Positions 1 to 8,055 of a DNA stretch of 32,000 nt are shown piece after piece. This DNA comes from Rickettsiales bacterium. Its GTDB lineage: Bacteria; Pseudomonadota; Alphaproteobacteria; Rs-D84. The notes beneath the pieces were generated by a model that was not told where the DNA came from, did no database searches, and worked only from the letters and a program-made list of their open reading frames with translations. Numbering within the stretch: the first letter of the stretch is position 1; the number at the start of each line of letters is the position of its first letter. The stretch is from positions 132,340 to 164,339 of the forward strand of contig JAITQO010000006.1 in assembly GCA_031288835.1 (NCBI GenBank), written 5' to 3'. The position numbers and the translations under genes were made by a program.

Positions 1-1630
1 CGTGGTTGCGCAGTTCCCACGGCAAATCTTTGTCCTGCCGGATTCCGGCCGCCCGCTCCTCCAGCGAAATGCGGCGCACCTGGCTTGTCCCCGTTTTTCC
101 GCCCATTTTCTTCCCATCCACGTTTATATAACTTCCGGACGCCGTGCCGCCTTTTTCCAGAACCGCCGCAAGCCCTTTGGACACCTCGTGAATATTCTGC
201 GGGTCAAGCCCGACCAATTCGCGCGATACCTCCCTGTCATACGTCAGACGCGGCTTTACCTTGTAATTCGTCATCGCGGCGCCGAGCATGACCGCCAGCT
301 GCATGCAGTTGGCAAGCGCGAACCCCTGTCCGATTGCCGTAATCACCGTGTCTCCGTGAACCCACGGAACGCCTATGTTGCTTTCCTTCCATTCGCGGGA
401 CGGCACGATTCCCGTCTTTTCGGATTCGTCGTAATTGTCGAACGAGCGCGCGCCCAACCCCAGCTTCCGGGCCATGGCCGCAATCGCGTCGATTCCTATC
501 TTCAGGGACATCTGATAAAAGTAAATGTCGCAGGAATGCTTCAGCGCCGCATGCAAATCCATGCCGCCGTGCCCGCGTTTTTCCCAGCAGTGATAGAGGT
601 GGTTTCCATACCGCCATTCGCCGTGGCACACAACCTTGTCCGTCGGCTTCATCGTTCCGGATTCGAGTCCGGCCAGCGCGACCACAATCTTGAACACCGA
701 GCCGGGCGGATACATTCCGTCAAGAACTTTGTTCAAAAACGGCTTCATCGGATTCTTTCCGAGCTCGTCCATATAATCCTCGCCGTCTTCGCTTCCGAAC
801 AGGTCGGCGTTGAAACTGGGCAGGGAGGCCATCGCCAAAACGTCGCCTGTTTCCGCGCTGAGCGCGACCCCGCATCCGGATTGCAACTTTTCAATCTCCT
901 TTTCCAAAGTTTCCTGGACTCTTTTCACGAGCGTCGTCTGCAGCGGCAGGCCGAGGCGCGCGGGAAAGCCCTGGCTTGGGTCTTCGCCTATGATTTTTCC
1001 CTCGGCGTTCGCAATGTTCATCGTCCTGCCGGCCCTGCCCATCAGCGTATCGTTGTATATCCTCTCCAAACCGGACTTGCCCGTCTTGAAGAAAGGAACA
1101 ACGGAATCCTTGGGCTCGGACAAATATCCGAGTATATGCGCCGCCATGCCCCCGAACGGATATCGGCGCGCGTATCCCTGCTCGATATGGACGCCCGGCA
1201 TGTTCAGCGCCGACAGTTCGGCCATTTTTTGCCAATTCAATTTTTCCCTGATTAAAATCGGCTGGAAATCCCGCTGCTTTTGCCGGGTTTTCCAAATGCG
1301 GGCGAGATTCTTTTCGCCAAGCCCGAGCGCATTGGTCAAAAAGTCCAAATCGGCGTTGAAATCGCCCATGTCCTTCGGAATGACGTAAAGACGGTATACC
1401 TGCTCGTCGCGAGCCAAAATATCGCCGCCGCTCGCGTATATGATTCCGCGCCGCGGAATGTCGACCTTGATTCTGTAAATATTGCTCTGCGACAATCTTC
1501 GATATCTCTTTCTTCTAAGAACCTGCAAACTGAACATTTGCAGAACCAAAACGGACGTCAGCACGCCCACCCCGCCGACAATGAGCGCGGCGCGCCTGTC
1601 GAATACAACTTTCTGATAACTATCTATCAT
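1..1630 (-). CDS. mrdA: Penicillin-binding protein 2 (elongasome transpeptidase); C-terminus cut by the window edge
   Basis: Absent from the ORF track because it has no stop inside the window. The reverse-complement frame from ATG at 1630 appears open down to position 1 (hand translation). Translation MIDSYQKVVFDRRAALIVGG... carries SxxK (PGSVFK), SxD (HSCDIYFY) and KTGT (GGKTGTSQV) in the expected order. The ATG overlaps the mreD stop by 11 nt, which fits the mreCD-mrdA operon order. Confidence 0.85.
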   Translation of the reverse strand, partial: MIDSYQKVVFDRRAALIVGGVGVLTSVLVLQMFSLQVLRRKRYRRLSQSNIYRIKVDIPRRGIIYASGGDILARDEQVYRLYVIPKDMGDFNADLDFLTNALGLGEKNLARIWKTRQKQRDFQPILIREKLNWQKMAELSALNMPGVHIEQGYARRYPFGGMAAHILGYLSEPKDSVVPFFKTGKSGLERIYNDTLMGRAGRTMNIANAEGKIIGEDPSQGFPARLGLPLQTTLVKRVQETLEKEIEKLQSGCGVALSAETGDVLAMASLPSFNADLFGSEDGEDYMDELGKNPMKPFLNKVLDGMYPPGSVFKIVVALAGLESGTMKPTDKVVCHGEWRYGNHLYHCWEKRGHGGMDLHAALKHSCDIYFYQMSLKIGIDAIAAMARKLGLGARSFDNYDESEKTGIVPSREWKESNIGVPWVHGDTVITAIGQGFALANCMQLAVMLGAAMTNYKVKPRLTYDREVSRELVGLDPQNIHEVSKGLAAVLEKGGTASGSYINVDGKKMGGKTGTSQVRRISLEERAAGIRQDKDLPWELRNH

Positions 1631-2081
1631 GCCCTATCCATTTGAACAACGCGACGAACGGAAAATACAAAAGAAACAGCCAAAAGTAAAGCCAGACCGC
1701 GCCGGCAAGAAACACAAAGAAACGATGGGCGCCGAAAACTTCGAACGAAAAAATAAAAAACACGGCCAAGCCGAGAAACATGCTGAACGACTTTATGTAA
1801 AAACCAGAGCCGCTGTCTTTTTCCAGAATTCCGAAGAAAGCGTTCAGCGCGTCCATCAGCAAAAACACCGAGCTGAACAAAAACAAAGTGCCGGCGTTGA
1901 AATCCAAAAGAAAGCACATCAGAAATCCGAAAAAAAACCAGCGCTTCACCGGATAGCAGAACCTGTAATAAAAAATCGGAACAAGCGACAGAATGCCGAA
2001 AGGATTAAAACGCGGCTCGGACAGATACCACAGTATTATGGTCGCGACGAACGGGAAAAATTGGCGCAATATATTATTCAT
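1620..2081 (-). CDS. mreD: Rod shape-determining protein MreD (polytopic membrane protein)
   Basis: A small, very hydrophobic multi-TM ORF lying between mreC and mrdA. The track start at 2096 is TTG. The ATG at 2081 (MNNILRQFFPF...) is the more likely start. Confidence 0.6.
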   Translation of the reverse strand: MNNILRQFFPFVATIILWYLSEPRFNPFGILSLVPIFYYRFCYPVKRWFFFGFLMCFLLDFNAGTLFLFSSVFLLMDALNAFFGILEKDSGSGFYIKSFSMFLGLAVFFIFSFEVFGAHRFFVFLAGAVWLYFWLFLLYFPFVALFKWIGHDR

Positions 2082-2124
2082 TTTTGTCCGAATCAAAACT
2101 TACTTTTCGCGAAGGGCGGAAAAA

Positions 2125-2940
2125 TCATTCGTATCTGCCGGCTTTGTCAAAAAACAAAATTATGACGCTTTCCTGCTCTTTCAATTCGCTGCCCGGCTTG
2201 ACCTTTACGCCGTCTGATTTTACGGATTCGATTTTTCCGACCGGAATATCGCTCGGAATATTTCCATTCACCCCGCTGGTAATCAAAAACATTCCGTCCT
2301 TGGGGACAAAGTCCCCGTCGGACAAGAATCGCAATTCCGGCCAAGACGTTCCGGTTCCCTGCATAAACCCGAAGACATCCGTTCCGGCTATGCGGACGGG
2401 AATGTTGGAGTCTCCGTCCCTAATCGACTGTATTTTGGCAAAGCCGCCCATTTTTTCCACTATTATTCCAAGCAGATATCCGGCGTTCGACACCACGACG
2501 TTTCCGGGAAACACTTCGTCGCCGGGACTTTTTATTACAAAACTTTGCTTCTCTAAAAAACTGTTATTATGGATGATTCGCGCGACGGCGGCCTCATATT
2601 TCATACTCTCTATGATTTTTAATTTTTCCTTTAACAATTCGTTTTCGAGCCTGAGTATCTCGTTTTCCACCGATACCTTGCTTATTTCCTCCAACTCGGC
2701 AATTATTTTCGCATTTTCCCTCATATTTTCCTTATTCTTGCGAACGCCCTCGGTTATTTTTCCAATAAGTCTGATTGGATATGATAATCCCTGGCCAACC
2801 ACCTGCGCCACCGGAACCGCCGCCCTGTGAATGAAATTAAAAAAAAGATAATCCGGCTTATCAATCAATATGATTATCATTACCGCGGGTATCGCGATTA
2901 CTGATAAAAATGCGGATAATAAGCGGTTTTTTCTCTGCAT
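2125..2940 (-). CDS. mreC: Rod shape-determining protein MreC
   Basis: 271 aa with an N-terminal TM segment, a coiled coil (ENELLKEKLKIIE) and a beta-rich C-terminal half (GDEVFPGNVVVSNAGYLLGIIVEK...ITSGVNGNIPSDIPVGKI). This is typical MreC. It sits upstream of mreD and mrdA. Confidence 0.85.
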   Translation of the reverse strand: MQRKNRLLSAFLSVIAIPAVMIIILIDKPDYLFFNFIHRAAVPVAQVVGQGLSYPIRLIGKITEGVRKNKENMRENAKIIAELEEISKVSVENEILRLENELLKEKLKIIESMKYEAAVARIIHNNSFLEKQSFVIKSPGDEVFPGNVVVSNAGYLLGIIVEKMGGFAKIQSIRDGDSNIPVRIAGTDVFGFMQGTGTSWPELRFLSDGDFVPKDGMFLITSGVNGNIPSDIPVGKIESVKSDGVKVKPGSELKEQESVIILFFDKAGRYE

Positions 2941-2981
2941 ACTGCTTTATACAATATATTTGCATTCTTTTCAATTAAATC

Positions 2982-3009
2982 TTGATTTTTTGCAAAAATA
3001 ATATAAAAT
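2982..3009 (+). promoter_or_regulatory. Candidate sigma70-type promoter for rpmJ
   Basis: TTGATT (2982-2987), a 16-nt spacer, then TAAAAT (3004-3009). It lies about 20 nt upstream of the rpmJ ATG, which has a GAGG Shine-Dalgarno at 3022-3025. Confidence 0.4.
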
Positions 3010-3030
3010 TGCTCAGCAAGCGAGGTTATT

Positions 3031-3165
3031 ATGAGGATTTTGAGTTCATTAAAAGGGTGGAAAAAACGCGGCGAGTTAAAACAGATACGCCGCGGAAAAC
3101 AAATCATATTATTCGACCCGGCGAAACCTAAGTTCAAAGCGAAACAAGGTTATAAAAAGAAATAA
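3031..3165 (+). CDS. rpmJ: 50S ribosomal protein bL36 (non-zinc, YkgO/alphaproteobacterial type)
   Basis: A 44-codon ORF, below the track's size cut-off: MRILSSLKGWKKRGELKQIRRGKQIILFDPAKPKFKAKQGYKKK. It matches the M(K/R)(V/I)xxSLK...RRKG...P(R/K)FKA(K/R)QG pattern of type-B L36. It has a GAGG SD upstream and a strong terminator right after the stop. Confidence 0.7.
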   Translation: MRILSSLKGWKKRGELKQIRRGKQIILFDPAKPKFKAKQGYKKK

Positions 3166-3193
3166 ATCCCCGGTTTGAGGGATTTGTTTTTTT
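3164..3193 (+). terminator. Rho-independent terminator of rpmJ
   Basis: Stem AAATCCC (3164-3170) pairs with GGGATTT (3179-3185) around an 8-nt loop. GTTTTTTT follows at 3186-3193. Confidence 0.7.
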
Positions 3194-3252
3194 CATCAAG
3201 AATAAAAAAATTAAACTATTATTATTTATATTACTATTATGTATTGAAATTA

Positions 3253-3445
3253 TGTTAAAAATAAAATACTTTACTATTTAATGATATTTTTAACAAAAAA
3301 ATATGCGATTTTTGCATGTTTTATAAAATTGTTAAAATAATATGATTATTTTTAACAAAATAAGAATTGTTAAAAAAAGAATGTTTATTTTTATTTTAAA
3401 CAATATCTTCATTAATTATTTTTCTATTGTTAAAATATGTTAAAA
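3253..3445. promoter_or_regulatory. Array of TGTTAAAA / TTTTAACA motifs in the AT-rich region upstream of virB3
   Basis: TGTTAAAA occurs on the plus strand at 3253, 3330, 3368, 3428 and 3438. The inverted copy TTTTAACA occurs at 3288 and 3350, with a variant TTTTAAACAA at 3394. The copies alternate as convergent pairs. The last two direct copies are 10 nt apart and overlap the predicted virB3 promoter. Confidence 0.55.
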
Positions 3446-3455
3446 TCTTTATAAT
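3427..3455 (+). promoter_or_regulatory. Candidate sigma70-type promoter of virB3-virB4
   Basis: TTGTTA (3427-3432), a 17-nt spacer, then TATAAT (3450-3455). It ends 21 nt upstream of the virB3 ATG. A purine-rich AAAGG...GGGGAG tract lies between them. Confidence 0.5.
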
Positions 3456-3476
3456 TCCAAGAAAGGCAAGGGGAGA

Positions 3477-3773
3477 ATGAAGATTCCTATATTGAAGGCA
3501 TTGGCGAATCCTGCGCGCATATTTTTTGTGCCGTATAGTTTGGCGGTGTTTAATTTTTTAATATTATTTATTATATATTTGGCGATTTTTTCGATTGGAT
3601 TGGTTTTTAGCAACGGAAGAATATCGGTAAATCCGCTGTATTTTTTATTGACGTTGATGGCGGTGCATTCTATTTTGGCTTTTTGGTCTAAAAAGGAGCC
3701 GTTTTTAATGCGTATTATTATTGCGAAAATAGCGTTGTTCAAAAAGAGAATACCAAGCAGACTGGTTGTATAA
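3477..3773 (+). CDS. virB3: Type IV secretion system protein VirB3
   Basis: 98 aa with two TM segments. It has VirB3-like N-terminal (ILKALANPARIFFVPY) and C-terminal (HSILAFWSKKEPFL) signatures. Its stop TAA abuts the virB4 ATG directly. Confidence 0.8.
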   Translation: MKIPILKALANPARIFFVPYSLAVFNFLILFIIYLAIFSIGLVFSNGRISVNPLYFLLTLMAVHSILAFWSKKEPFLMRIIIAKIALFKKRIPSRLVV

Positions 3774-6203
3774 ATGCACGAATTTTTTGATTTTTTTATA
3801 AAGAATGATTTTCAAATGACGAACCTTTTGTTCGTCGGGCTTCTGTTTTTAATCTTTTTTATTCTGATTTTTTATACGCCGTTGCTATCAAAGGTTTTCT
3901 TCCCGGTATTCGGATATAAAAAATACAGCGATTATCTGCCGTTCGACCGGATTCAGGGCGACAATATGACGGTGAAATTGAAAGACGGGACGCTGGTCAG
4001 GGCATTCGGGATAGGCGGCGTTCAGACGGGGATGATGGACGAGAATCAAAGCCAGCGGCTGTTCGATATGAAACAATCCCTGTTCAATCAAATAAAGGAT
4101 AGGGATATAGTTTTAAGATTTTATACAATCCGCACCAAGACGGCTTATGACGACGATTATGAGTTTGACCAGAATATCTTGCAACGCATTTACAACAGGT
4201 GGAAAAAACAGGGGTTGAAAATATTCGACAACAAAAACTATCTGGTTTTGAGCGTTTTCGGAACGGACGCGGTCGAACGCATGGACAATTATACGAATAC
4301 TATTTTATCCATTTTATCCGTTTTCAACGCGAAAATCATGAAACATGACGAGCAGGAAAACATAGCCTCCCTGTTTTCGCGCGTTTTGTCGCCCGTTTCT
4401 ATGCCGGTAATCCTGCGTGCGAACCAAAATATGAACGAATTGGTTTCTTCGGACAACGCCGAGTTTTTGCCGGGCGGAATCATAAGATTCAATTTCGGCA
4501 CAGACGCGAAGTATGCGTCCATTGTATCTATAAAAGTCGCGCCGGATTTCATCGACACAGATTTTTTCGAACAGGCGCTGGGTTTGCAGTGCGAGGTTGT
4601 CTCGTCGAGCGCGTTCCGTATTCATAACGCCGTGAATATCGAGCGGCTGATGCGGCAAAAGCAGTCGAGCGAATCGTCAAATAAAAACAGCCAGAAAATA
4701 GTTTCGGAGCAAATCGAGCAGGCGTATGAAAAAATCGACGAAAACATCATGGGGAACCAGACGTTCGTCGATTTTTATCCTTCGTTTATGATTTTCGGCG
4801 AGACGGTCGAGGAGTTGGAGTCTAACGTATCCGAGATGAAGAAAATATTCGCGATATTCGGGGTGGCGCCCGTCGCGGAGGTATTCGCCCTAAAGGCTGC
4901 GTTTTTTTCTCAAATCCCCGGATTCGACGATTTCCCGCGCGGATTCAACGTCCTGTCCGGCGCTGCCGCCGCGGCGCTGCCCCTCGGCTTTATTCCGCCC
5001 GGCATTCCGAATTCGGACTGGGGCAGGGGGCCGCTTGTCGTTTTTCCGACATCCGCAGGCACTCCGTATCAATTCCAATTCCATGTTTCCGAACAGCCGG
5101 GCGCCGTGGGGCATACCCTGGTCATCGGCCCGACGGGCGGCGGAAAAACGACTTTGTTTTCATTTTTAATCGCGCAGAGCCTGAGGCATCAGAAATTGAA
5201 GGCGTTTTTCTTCGACCGCAACCGCGGCGCGGAAATTTTTACGCTCGCGACCGGCGGAAAATACGTCGGTTTGGAAAACCGCTCGCAGAACGCGGATAGA
5301 ATCGCGGCGTCGTTCAATGCGAAAATGAATCCCCTGAAAATGGAGGACAACGAATACAACCGCGCGTTTTTGCGCAAGTGGCTGGCCTTGCTCGCCAATG
5401 CGACGCAGCCGTCCGATTTGGATGAAATCGCCCGCGCCGTATCCGTCGTGTTCGATTATCTGGACGGCAAAGACAAACTGCTGGAGAATCTTTACACGGC
5501 GTGTTTTTCAAGCGGCGGCGGCATTCGCGGCGAATTGAAGAAGTGGATTGACCCGCTGCAATACGGCGACGTATTCAACGAGGACACGGACACTTTGGAC
5601 CTGTTCTCGCGCCTGACGACATTCGACTTCACCGACGTGCTGAACGACGCGGTTCTCGCGCCCGCGGTGATTTCCTATATATTGCACAGAATCAATTCAA
5701 TCACCCTGTCGTCAGGCGCGCCCGCGCTGATTATGATTGATGAGACCGCCCCAATGCTCGAAAACAAAATGTTCCGCGACAATTTCATAACCGGACTGCA
5801 GGAGGGTCGCAAAAACAGGCAATGCTATATGGCGGCCTTTCAGAGGGCGAACGTTATCGACAAACTCGGCATCGGCGATGTGGTCCGCGGGCAGGCACAG
5901 ACGGTTTTGTTCTTCCGAAATCAGGCCGCGACGAACGAGGATTACGGTTATTGGAAACTGAATCCTACGGAAATGGCGTTCATAAAGGGAACGGCGTATC
6001 CGAATCTGAAAAGGGCGGTTTTGCTTTCGCGCCCGATTACCGGGGAATCGGTCATATTGAACACCGAGCTTGGCGGATTGGGCAATCTGCTGAAATTGTT
6101 CGAAAGCGGACGCCCGTCGGTTTTGCTGGCCGAGGAGTTATACCGCCAGTTTGGCTCGGGCTTTGTAGACCATTATCTGAAGCAGGTTGAAGTCGATGAG
6201 TAA
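3774..6203 (+). CDS. virB4: Type IV secretion system ATPase VirB4
   Basis: 809 aa. Walker A is VIGPTGGGKTTLFSF and Walker B is ALIMIDETAP. The C-terminal motifs (RKNRQCYMAAFQ, VLFFRNQ) and the position after virB3 fit VirB4/CagE/TrbE. Confidence 0.9.
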   Translation: MHEFFDFFIKNDFQMTNLLFVGLLFLIFFILIFYTPLLSKVFFPVFGYKKYSDYLPFDRIQGDNMTVKLKDGTLVRAFGIGGVQTGMMDENQSQRLFDMKQSLFNQIKDRDIVLRFYTIRTKTAYDDDYEFDQNILQRIYNRWKKQGLKIFDNKNYLVLSVFGTDAVERMDNYTNTILSILSVFNAKIMKHDEQENIASLFSRVLSPVSMPVILRANQNMNELVSSDNAEFLPGGIIRFNFGTDAKYASIVSIKVAPDFIDTDFFEQALGLQCEVVSSSAFRIHNAVNIERLMRQKQSSESSNKNSQKIVSEQIEQAYEKIDENIMGNQTFVDFYPSFMIFGETVEELESNVSEMKKIFAIFGVAPVAEVFALKAAFFSQIPGFDDFPRGFNVLSGAAAAALPLGFIPPGIPNSDWGRGPLVVFPTSAGTPYQFQFHVSEQPGAVGHTLVIGPTGGGKTTLFSFLIAQSLRHQKLKAFFFDRNRGAEIFTLATGGKYVGLENRSQNADRIAASFNAKMNPLKMEDNEYNRAFLRKWLALLANATQPSDLDEIARAVSVVFDYLDGKDKLLENLYTACFSSGGGIRGELKKWIDPLQYGDVFNEDTDTLDLFSRLTTFDFTDVLNDAVLAPAVISYILHRINSITLSSGAPALIMIDETAPMLENKMFRDNFITGLQEGRKNRQCYMAAFQRANVIDKLGIGDVVRGQAQTVLFFRNQAATNEDYGYWKLNPTEMAFIKGTAYPNLKRAVLLSRPITGESVILNTELGGLGNLLKLFESGRPSVLLAEELYRQFGSGFVDHYLKQVEVDE

Positions 6204-6891
6204 AAGGGACAAGGAACAAGGGACAAGGGATTATGGGACGATGTTTGGAGTTGCGTTAAAAGCAATGATTGGGCGTCTTGTCCCTTGTTCCTTGTCCCTT
6301 GTCCCTTTTATTGTATTTTCTCAGCTTCAGGCAAGCGAATGCCTGCAGTATAAAATGCTCCCGTCCTTGGAAATCAAGGTTCCGGAGTTTTCGGTGTCCA
6401 TAGTCCAGCCGGAAAAAAAGATGGATTTGCTGCACGGAAACGTCATATCGACCCTTTCGGAGGAATACGAGATGTCATACGGCGCGCAAAGGGTGGACGG
6501 AGGATTCTGCGTTTTCATCGAGCATATATCCGCGGCAATCGGGTATACCGATTTCGTCGTTCAGATAGACAAAAGGCATCCGTTCGATTCCTGCGAATGG
6601 CATGCAATCAAGGAGCACGAGGACGAGCATATTCGCGCGCACCTTTCCGTGATTGACGACGGAATCGAGGATATGAGGCGGGCGATTGCCGGCGCGGCGA
6701 ACAACATGCTGCCGGTATTTGTGGAAAACGAGGACGACATTCACAATGTCATGGACGATATAGAGGCGGAATTGGAATCGCAGCCGCAAATCAAGCTGAT
6801 GCGCCAGAAATTGAACGCCGAACAGGAAATCCGAAACAAGAAAATCGACCTGAACGACAAAGGCTGGCGCATCCGCGCCTGCGGCGCCTAG
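6196..6891 (+). CDS. Putative secreted HExxH zinc-peptidase-like protein (DUF922-like)
   Basis: The ORF is open from 6187 (TTG). The ATG at 6196 overlaps the virB4 end by 8 nt. The N-terminus MSKRDKEQGTRDYGTMFGVALKAMIGRLVPCSLSLVPFIVFSQLQA/SE looks like a signal peptide. An HExxH motif sits in CEWHAIKEHEDEHIRAH, after a GFCVFIEHISAAIGY strand pattern reminiscent of DUF922. Alternative starts are 6241 and 6355, the latter if the palindrome acts as a terminator. Confidence 0.55.
   Translation: MSKRDKEQGTRDYGTMFGVALKAMIGRLVPCSLSLVPFIVFSQLQASECLQYKMLPSLEIKVPEFSVSIVQPEKKMDLLHGNVISTLSEEYEMSYGAQRVDGGFCVFIEHISAAIGYTDFVVQIDKRHPFDSCEWHAIKEHEDEHIRAHLSVIDDGIEDMRRAIAGAANNMLPVFVENEDDIHNVMDDIEAELESQPQIKLMRQKLNAEQEIRNKKIDLNDKGWRIRACGA
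6201..6310. repeat. 110-bp palindromic element: 30-nt inverted arms around a 50-nt spacer
   Basis: The left arm (6201-6230) is TAAAAGGGACAAGGAACAAGGGACAAGGGA. The right arm (6281-6310) is TCCCTTGTTCCTTGTCCCTTGTCCCTTTTA. They are complementary at 28 of 30 positions. Both arms are built from GGGACAAG/GGAACAAG units. The left arm starts on the virB4 stop codon, and TTTTATTGTATTTTC follows the right arm. Confidence 0.85.
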
Positions 6892-7706
6892 GATAGCAGC
6901 GATTCCAATTCCTTTACCGCCGCGGACTTGTCCCGCGCGTTTCTTATTTTTTTTATCAGGATAGCCATCCGATAATAATCCAAGCGGGTGCTGTTTAATT
7001 TCTTTTCCATGTTTTTATCGCACCAGTCCGTTACCAAATCGACAAGCGGCGCGCCGAGTTTCCTGAGATTATGTTCGAAATGCCCGAACCTTGCGCCGTC
7101 GAAGTCGATGATGCCCGCCAGGTCGAAGTCTTCGCCGCAAATGATGTTTTTTCCGTGCAGGTCTCCGTGAATCAGTCCGCCGCCCGGCGCGGCGACAGAT
7201 TCGCGCAATCGGGATAATTTTCTCCAAATACCGGCTTTTTTGATGTATTTTCTTATGAGCAAATACTGCCGGAAATTGCGGAAAAAGGAAAACCAGTCGC
7301 GGCGCGCGAATAGTTTTTTATCCCCGTTTTTTCTTGCCATTCCCCCCATTTGATAAAGTTTGAGCAATGCGGCGGCCAGTTGTTCCGCGAACTGTTTTTG
7401 CCGCGCGGGAGCAAGTTTCGAGAACTCGCCGTAGTCGAAACTCGTGCCGCAAATCCCGTCGTGAACGGAATAGGCGCGGAACCCTCGAACGAAACACGAC
7501 AGCGACGGCGTTTCGCACCCTATGCCTCCGCCCGTCGATTTTATAAAATCCAGAATGCGCCTTTCTTTTTCATACGTGCCGAAGAATATAGGTTTGACGC
7601 GGATTATTTTTCCGGATTCCGTCTTGAAAACCGCGCTCTTCACGCCGCTGGCGAGATAGTCTAGCTTCTCGTTCGGGAACAAAGATTTGATTCGTTTAAT
7701 GCTCAT
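6888..7706 (-). CDS. Aminoglycoside-phosphotransferase (APH)/choline-kinase family small-molecule kinase
   Basis: It has the Brenner motif LIHGDLHGKNII and the metal-binding motif GIIDFDGARFG. The track start at 7763 would run into the tRNA promoter, so the ATG at 7706 (MSIKRIKSLF) is preferred. Its stop overlaps the convergent upstream ORF within a shared CTAG (6888-6891). Confidence 0.7.
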   Translation of the reverse strand: MSIKRIKSLFPNEKLDYLASGVKSAVFKTESGKIIRVKPIFFGTYEKERRILDFIKSTGGGIGCETPSLSCFVRGFRAYSVHDGICGTSFDYGEFSKLAPARQKQFAEQLAAALLKLYQMGGMARKNGDKKLFARRDWFSFFRNFRQYLLIRKYIKKAGIWRKLSRLRESVAAPGGGLIHGDLHGKNIICGEDFDLAGIIDFDGARFGHFEHNLRKLGAPLVDLVTDWCDKNMEKKLNSTRLDYYRMAILIKKIRNARDKSAAVKELESLLS

Positions 7707-7756
7707 AATTGCAAATATATAGCATTTTGCTGGATTTTTCAACATTGCCGTCCTGC

Positions 7757-7784
7757 TTGACAATAAATGAAAAGAGTGTATAAT
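7757..7784 (+). promoter_or_regulatory. Consensus sigma70 promoter of tRNA-fMet
   Basis: TTGACA (7757-7762), a 16-nt spacer, then TATAAT (7779-7784). The tRNA 5' end lies 12 nt downstream. Confidence 0.7.
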
Positions 7785-7796
7785 CAGAAAACTTCC

Positions 7797-7873
<77 letters not shown>

Positions 7874-7947
7874 AATCAAGCAAAGCCGTCCGGCGCGTTT
7901 TTTTTTGTGGTTCTGGCCTTCGGACGATTTTTTAGAGCGCAAGACAA

Positions 7948-7977
7948 CTGATAAGATACAGTCTTTATCAGTTTTTT
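7948..7977 (+). terminator. Hairpin plus T-run, a likely intrinsic terminator downstream of tRNA-fMet
   Basis: CTGATAAG (7948-7955) pairs with CTTTATCAG (7963-7971), leaving one bulge. TTTTTT follows at 7972-7977. Confidence 0.5.
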
Positions 7978-8055
7978 GAACTTATTTTGCTTGCTTTATT
8001 TATGTGTTTCACATTATACTTCCAATTAGTCAATCGGTTTTGGTAGGTCTGCGGC

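Noticed and set aside
2-1255. A 417-aa plus-strand ORF, together with the other plus- and minus-strand ORFs in the track between 85 and 1645.
   Set aside because: It is Arg/His/Pro-rich low-complexity translation with no motifs. It lies antisense to a frame that encodes a textbook PBP2 with SxxK, SxD and KTGT motifs, so it is a shadow ORF.
3430-3443. A possible CtrA box (TTAA-N7-TTAA) in front of virB3.
   Set aside because: Counting bases gives TTAA-AATATG-TTAA, a 6-nt spacer rather than 7. It does not fit the canonical CtrA site, so I report it only as part of the TGTTAAAA array.
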